Source of the DNA: Octopus vulgaris
Taxonomy: Eukaryota
Direction of reading: 5' to 3'
Length of the DNA stretch: 64,000 bases
Assembly (NCBI GenBank): GCA_951406725.2
Contig: OX597818.1
Location: 30,938,001-31,002,000, forward strand
This document shows, in pieces, positions 57,512-64,000 of this stretch; within the stretch, counting starts at the first letter, position 1; each line of letters starts with the position of its first letter. The notes beneath the pieces are model-generated. The model worked only from the letters and a program-made list of their open reading frames with translations. It was not told where the DNA came from and ran no database searches. A program made the position numbers and the translations under genes.

Positions 57512-58194
57512 ATATTTCGGAATGGTCATATTGCCAGTTTAGCCAATAAAAACACACGCACTATATATTTGGTGTTATTTTGCTTCAGTGATATTTATTT
57601 TTTACATTAATCTTAATCTTATTTCGGCCAAAGTTCTTTCGTCACACTCCTGTGACCGCATCAGTGGTCCTTTGTTTTCTTCTCACTTACTTGTGTCTCT
57701 CCTTACTAACCGTCAGCCATTTTGTATTTCTATTGTATGTCTTCATTTGCGCATGCTTATATCTCTATGTGCGTCTATGTTTATTTAGTGTGTGTGTGGG
57801 GGGAATGTCTGTAATATTTGTATCTTCTGGTTATATACATTCTTGTAATTTGTATTTTGTTTTTGTTGTTGTTGCTTTTGTTCTAATTTTGTTCATGTGT
57901 TTATATCCACCCATTATTATCATTACATATGCTTGTATGTATGTATAACAACAATATTAGTAATAATAATAATAAATCTAATATATATATATATTGAGAA
58001 TTTACAAAAAAAAAACGGAAGACGAAGACGGGTGTGTAAACAACAAACAGATGTATTAGTTTAACATTCGGGGAGTGAGAAAGTCTTTTACGTTTCGAGC
58101 CTCCGCTCTTCGACAGAAAAGGACACAAAAATAAACAGGGAGAGAAAATAGAAGAAGGTTTAGTGGCTAGCGATCTATCATGGCGAATATATAA

Positions 58195-58249
<55 letters not shown>

Positions 58250-58402
58250 TGTGTCTGTGTCTGTGTGTGTGTTTGTGTGTCTGTGTTTGTGTTTGCCCCC
58301 ACCCCCAACATCGCTTGGCAACCGATGCTGGTGTGTTTATATCCCCGTAACTAAGCGGTTCGGCAAAACAGACCGATAGAATAATAACTCTGGCTAGAAA
58401 TT

Positions 58403-59338
58403 GTGAAAAATAAAACCCAAATCCTTCATTCATACTATGCAAAACCTATGGCCTCAAAATACCTGATCCACCGGAACTCAGCCATTGCGGGCAATGCCAA
58501 ATTCAATATTTTGATGGCAGACCTCGTCAGAATAATGAGAAATGTGTCACGCATGTGCGAGCCTACAGAATTAAAGAGACACATACAGTATTTCATTCAC
58601 CGCATGCAGTTCTCAGGTTACAGCCATAAAGAAAGGATCAGAGTATACAAAGGAGCCATGAAGAAATTTGATAATATATTATGTAATGATAGGAATGGGA
58701 TTTGCCCACTCTATAGGAACAAGTCATGGAACACTATAGAAAGGACAAAAAAGAAAATAAGGAAGGCCAACTCTTGGTATGATAGCCATAAATACCAGAG
58801 TGTCATGTTCGTTGACACCACCCCTGGAGGTGAACTAGCGTACCGCTTTAGAAGGACCCTAGATAAACTTAAACTAAGAATTAAGGTTGTTGAAAAGCCA
58901 GGCAACCCTATCAGATCTATAATTGGTAGAACCTATCCTTTTAGTAGAACTCTCTGTACGGATAACTATTGCACTGTATGTAGATTTAGCCCACAAACGA
59001 ACTGTAAAGCCAGAAATGTGGTCTATAGTATAAGATGTATAGAGGGACGATGCAGTAACAAGACAGTAACATACGTAGGGGAAACTGCAAGAAGCATTGG
59101 TGAGCGGGTGAATGAACATTGGAGACAACTCAAGGAAGGTAAAAGCTCATCGATTCTGTACCAACACGCCGAACAAGAACACGGGGGATCAATCAATAAC
59201 ATAGAGATTAAGATATTGTCCACACATAGAACAGATGCAACAATTAGACAAATTACAGAAGCTACACATATAATAGAAAATAAACCTAGCCTGAATAGAA
59301 AACTAGAATGGAGCAATAGCGCACACCACAACATATGA
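58403..59338 (+). CDS. Penelope-like (Neptune-type) polyprotein C-terminus: RT thumb, Cys-rich linker, GIY-YIG endonuclease; 5'-truncated
   Basis: [17 protein letters not shown] (thumb), CTDNYCTVC linker, NVVYSIRC...C...[17 protein letters not shown]...H and RQITEA..I...PSLN. 311 codons with no stop. Confidence 0.9.
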   Translation: MKNKTQILHSYYAKPMASKYLIHRNSAIAGNAKFNILMADLVRIMRNVSRMCEPTELKRHIQYFIHRMQFSGYSHKERIRVYKGAMKKFDNILCNDRNGICPLYRNKSWNTIERTKKKIRKANSWYDSHKYQSVMFVDTTPGGELAYRFRRTLDKLKLRIKVVEKPGNPIRSIIGRTYPFSRTLCTDNYCTVCRFSPQTNCKARNVVYSIRCIEGRCSNKTVTYVGETARSIGERVNEHWRQLKEGKSSSILYQHAEQEHGGSINNIEIKILSTHRTDATIRQITEATHIIENKPSLNRKLEWSNSAHHNI

Positions 59339-59847
59339 CAATAGTGGATCCTGCAAACATAATAAATACACAGGTAATTAAAGAAATAGAAATGAATATC
59401 TATGTGTATGTATATGTGTATATATATGTATATGTATATGTGTATATATGTGTGTATATATGTATATATATATATGTATATGTATGTGTATGTATATATA
59501 TATATATATGTATATGTATATATATATTTTTTCTCGATTAGATTTATTATTATTATTACTAATATTGTTGTTATACATACATACAAGCATATGTAATGAT
59601 AATAATGGGTGGATGTAAACACATGAACAAAATTAGAACAAAAGCAACAACAACAAAAACAAAATACAAATTACAAGAATGTATATAACCAGAAGATACA
59701 AATATTACAGACATTCCCCCCCCACACACTAAATAAACATAGACGCACATAGAGATATAAGCATGCGCAAATGAAGACATACAATAGAAATACAAAATGG
59801 CTGACGGTTAGTAAGGAGAGACACAAGTAAGTGAGAAGAAAACAAAG

Positions 59848-59891
59848 GACCACTGATGCGGTCACAGGAGTGTGACGAAAGAACTTTGGCC
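59848..59891 (+). ncRNA. Hammerhead-like motif in the pLTR (A9C variant); inverted copy at 57626-57669
   Basis: gacca-CTGATGC-g gtcac aggagt gtgac-GAAA-gaac-TT-tggcc, in the same sense as the ORF. Confidence 0.55.
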
Positions 59892-60065
59892 GAAATAAGA
59901 TTAAGATTAATGTAAAAAATAAATATCACTGAAGCAAAATAACACCAAATATATAGTGCGTGTGTTTTTATTACTAAACTGGCAATATGACCATTCCGAA
60001 ATATAACAATATCTGTTTCAACACACGACTTCACATAAAAAATCTTGCACAACAAATATTTAAAC

Positions 60066-60107
<42 letters not shown>

Positions 60108-60297
60108 GAAATTTACTGAAAAACAAAAGACGAAGCCAGGTGTATGAATAACAAGCAGGTTATATATATAGTCAAATCAAACATGAAAACCTGAACATTA
60201 ATAATCGAACATTAAAAATAACAAGTAAAAAAACAAGAATGTTTTCTTATGGAACGTATTAGCTTGACGCTCAATAATTGTGGGAAAGAGAGTGGGC

Positions 60298-60332
60298 TTT
60301 TTACGTTTCAAGCATAACTCCTCGTCAGAAAG
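60298..60332 (-). ncRNA. Minimal type I hammerhead, canonical core
   Basis: Minus strand: cttt-CTGACGA-g gagt tat gctt-GAAA-cg-TA-aaaa, in a segment between (TA)n tracts. Confidence 0.6.
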
Positions 60333-60778
60333 AGGAGAAAGGAAAGGTTCTGAGAAAGAAAAAGTCCACGAAAAGCACGTATGTGGTTACATAGCTGAAG
60401 TGACTGGAAGTAGGGAGAGATAAAGTAGTGTTTTGTGACAGGAGTGTACGAAGCTGACTAGTATATATGTATGTGTGCGGTAGTTTCTGTGTGCGTGCGT
60501 GTGTGTGTGAGTGAGTGTGTGTGGTAGTAGCATTGTGCGTGTGTGTGTTTGTGTTTACGAGAGTGTATGCGTAAAGGTGTGGTGTCGACGAACAAGTTAG
60601 TGGACGGAATGAGTCGGTGGTGAGAGGCGAGGGCCGAGGTGAGGAGTGTGTGAGTGCGCAGCGGATGTTGCTGTATGTGCGTATGTGCTTGTGTGTGTAC
60701 GTATGAGGGTGTGAGAATGCGTGTGTGTGCATGAGAGTGTATGTATATATGTATATGTGTTTGTATGTATGTCAGCGC

Positions 60779-60835
<57 letters not shown>

Positions 60836-60961
60836 TTATAAAATAAGGGCAAAAGAAAAATTCTAATGCCAAATATGCCGAAAAAAGACAAATTGTCGAT
60901 AACCATTATAATTAATGCGTCTCGAAACAAGCCGATAGAAATTTCTAAAAAATTCCGTTCT

Positions 60962-61020
60962 TACCGTATTGGTCCCAATTTCAGAGTTAATTCATAAGAA
61001 TTTCCCCCTCTTCAGCGATA
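60962..61020 (-). ncRNA. Type I hammerhead ribozyme, canonical core
   Basis: Minus strand: tatcg-CTGAAGA-ggggg aaattc ttat gaatt aactct-GAAA-ttgg ga ccaa-TA-cggta. Confidence 0.8.
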
Positions 61021-61421
61021 AATACGTAAGGCATAAATGAAATACTCATACTCATGGAAAAAGCAAGCACTAAGTCCTGAGCAGACCTAAGTACCCCCAA
61101 TATATCCAAAATAGAAAATCTTCAGCACATCTCGAGACATGTGTGATTCGAACTAGAAACTTTCAGAGTGAGAGAGTCCGGAAGTGAACACTATTAAATT
61201 TACATCTAATGTAGGATAAATGTTTTCGAAAAAATTTTTATCAATGGCCAGCATATTAAAAAATACCTTTAAAGGTTAAATTTATAAATAACTTATAAAA
61301 TAAGGGCAAAAGAAAAATTCTAATGCCAAATATGCCAAAAAAAAAGACAATATTGTCAATAACCATTATAATTTTTGCGTCTCGAAACATGCCGATAGAA
61401 ATTTCTAAAAAATTCCGTTAT

Positions 61422-61480
61422 TACCGTATTGGTCCCAATTTCGGGGTTAATTCATAAGAATTTTCAGCTCGTCAGCGATA
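61422..61480 (-). ncRNA. Type I hammerhead ribozyme (second unit, stem II base decayed)
   Basis: Minus strand: tatcg-CTGACGA-gctgaaaattc ttat gaattaacccc-GAAA-ttgg ga ccaa-TA-cggta. Confidence 0.65.
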
Positions 61481-63035
61481 AATACGTAAGACATAAATGA
61501 AATACTTACTAATACCCATGGAAAAAGCAAGCACTAAGTCCTGAGCAGACCTAAGTACCCCAAATATATCCAAAATAGAAAATCTTCAGCACATCTCGAG
61601 ACACGTGTGATTCGAACTAGAAACTTTCAGAGTGACAGAGTCCGGAAGTGAACACTATTAAATTTACATCTAATGTAGGATAAATGTTTTCGAAAAAATT
61701 TTTTATCAATGGCCAGCATATTAAAAAATACCTTTAAAGGTTAAATTTATAAATAACTTATAAAATAAAGAGGGGAAAATTCTTATGAATTATCTCTGAA
61801 ATTGGGACCAATACGGTAATGACGGAATCTTTTAGAAATTTCTGTCGGCTTGTTTCGAGACGCATAAATTATAATGGTTATCGACAATTTGTCTTTTTTC
61901 GGCATATTTGGCATTAGAATTTTTATTTTGTCCTTATTTTATAAGTTATTGTCCTCTCTGTGTTTAGTCCCTTGTGGGTAGTAAAGAAATAGGTATTTCG
62001 TCCGATTTAATGTTTTGTGTTCAAATGCCACTGAGGTCGACTTTGCCTTTCATCCTTTCGGGATCGATAAAATAAGTACCAGTTGAGTACTGAGGTCGAT
62101 ATAATTGACTTTCTCCTTCCCATGAAATTGCTGGCGTTGTGCCATAATTTAAAACCAATATATTTGATGTAGTTAACATGAAAAATTTTCAATGCTTATG
62201 TGCTAAGGAAAATACATTAGCTTAATGACTAAATTTTCTCAGTGATTTTATCATCCCCACTTCGAGAAGTACTGTGAAGTCTATGATCTTTAACTGGTTT
62301 GATGGAAGAAAAAGCTCGTTGACATGTAGACTTAACAAACAAGCGGTTTGATTTTTTTAAAGAACTGATCACAAGTTATATGTTTAATACTTACTATTTT
62401 TCTACAAAACATTGAATTTGTTTTACAGCTGTATATTTCTACCTGTTCCTAGTCAAAAATGTGTTACACTGCTGTGCAGCGTTCGAACATCTTTAAGGTT
62501 TATATTTGTGAAAGACTTAACACAAGTGTATTTTTCCATCAAAAGGAAAAATTATAAACTCATTTATCCAAAGAAAATAAGCTAATTTAGAAAGTCTTAC
62601 TCGTTCCGGTTTATGAAGTATTTACATTAAAAAAATATAATATAATGACATACAATTGATAGAATATGGTAGAATATGGTAGAATATGGTAGAATGATAG
62701 AATATGGTAGAAAACATAACTGAAACTTATTTCAGAATGTATATATAGAAATTATTAAGAAATAGTGACGGAAATTCTAGAAATTGCATCAGATTAAAAA
62801 TGAAGATAAAGAAAAGGGGAGAACAGCATTGATGAAAATTTGGTGAGTGAAGAAAGTAGAGGAAGAATACTTAAGAAATCGAAGAAAATATGTGAAAAGA
62901 TGAGTGAAATTGAGAATAAGTTAGAAATTTATAAATGTAGAAGAAAGTAAAAGAGTATGAGAAATAGGATGAGATGACGTTCAATAGAAGAAAAAAATGC
63001 CAACAACAATAAAGTAATCCTAAATGGTTAGCGTC

Positions 63036-63094
<59 letters not shown>

Positions 63095-64000
63095 AATGGA
63101 CACAATCAGATAGTGGAATTAAAGAGAAAAAAATGAAGACATTATGAAAGCTAGTAAAATGTAAATATAAGTATAAATACGAATATAAATATATTTGTAA
63201 TATTGAAAATTAAGTAAAAAATATGAAAGATTAAAGGGTGGTTTATAAAAATATAATTTAAAAAATAATGATGGAAAATGATAAAGAATGAGGTGACAGA
63301 AAAAGAAACGCAAAACGAAAAAAAAACCCCTCCAAACTAAATAGTGAAATTTTGTAAGTGGTAGAAAATATGAAAACGGGGGAAAAAAATTGGATAAAAA
63401 TTTGAGTAGGTAGTCTAGAATATAGAAAAAAAAAGCAAGTGGAAAGTAAAAGAAAGAAATGGTGTGATAGAAGACGACAGATAAGACTAAAAAATATCAT
63501 TGAGAAACGAAAACGCTAAAAGAAAATGTATGTAGGTAGGGAAAAATAACAGATATAATGTTAGGAAAACAGAAAATAAATTACTGAAACTAAGGAAAGA
63601 AAACGACAAAAAACAAATTTACTACTGAATGTGATTCTATATTCCTGCATCAACTGCCGTGTTACATTTACAGCTGTTACAGCTGCTGCTGTTACTTCTG
63701 CTGTTGTCGCTGTTGTGGCTATTCTTGTTCCATAATAAATACTCACTTTATATCCACATGAATTTAGTTTCACTGTAGCCTAGTTACTAATTTTTGTTGT
63801 TGCTGATATTCTCTTCTGTACTTTATCCACTTGTCTACTCTTATCGAACAGACATAGTAAAGGCATCCCATCCATGACCATCAGATCTTGCTTGATATAT
63901 ATTTTTCTCCAGAACTACAATAACCAATATGTTCTTTCTTGTTAAAGATAGCAGATTAAGATTTGAGGAAGATTTTGCCTTCCTTTTCTCATCACTTTAT

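Larger units (their letters stand above)
57504..60012 (+). mobile_element. 5'-truncated Penelope-like element with an inverted 5' pLTR
   Basis: 57504-57982 is the reverse complement of 59537-60012 (pLTR). The left end is in (TA)n and the ORF lies between the two copies. Confidence 0.85.
60834..61950 (-). mobile_element. Second retrozyme-like array: two ~460-bp tandem units plus an inverted ~180-bp piece
   Basis: ACTTATAAAATAA recurs at 60834, 61291 and 61756. 61768-61950 is an inverted copy of the unit start. The left end abuts (TA)n. Confidence 0.8.

Noticed and set aside
62240-62600. hAT transposase dimerisation-like peptide (STCQRAFSSIKPVK) on the minus strand
   Set aside because: Only a short motif with no sustained frame or TIRs.

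Overview
This is AT-rich eukaryotic DNA dominated by microsatellites ((TA)n, (CA)n, (GA)n, (ATCT)n, (TATG)n, (TTA)n) and retroelements. The SINE families and microsatellite density suggest a cephalopod, probably Octopus (inference). Almost all supplied ORFs are translations of simple repeats. The real coding remnants are a 5'-truncated Neptune-type Penelope-like element (RT thumb plus GIY-YIG, 58403-59338), R4/Dong-type and CR1-type LINE fragments, a piggyBac 5' end inside a composite Helitron, and two possible host exons. The main finding is about 20 type I hammerhead ribozyme motifs from at least 10 unrelated repeat families, read by eye on both strands. Nearly all have a very short or palindromic stem III and sit in elements embedded in (TA)n tracts. 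They include a young retrozyme-like array at 27869-29692 with alternating 360/359-bp units and a non-canonical CCGAUGA core. They also include a second ~460-bp array (60834-61950), a 550-bp foldback with a hammerhead on each strand, and a tRNA-headed SINE carrying a hammerhead. Together these look like a set of self-cleaving, possibly circRNA-producing non-autonomous elements mobilised by Penelope-like retroelements. No folding, database search or activity assay could be run.
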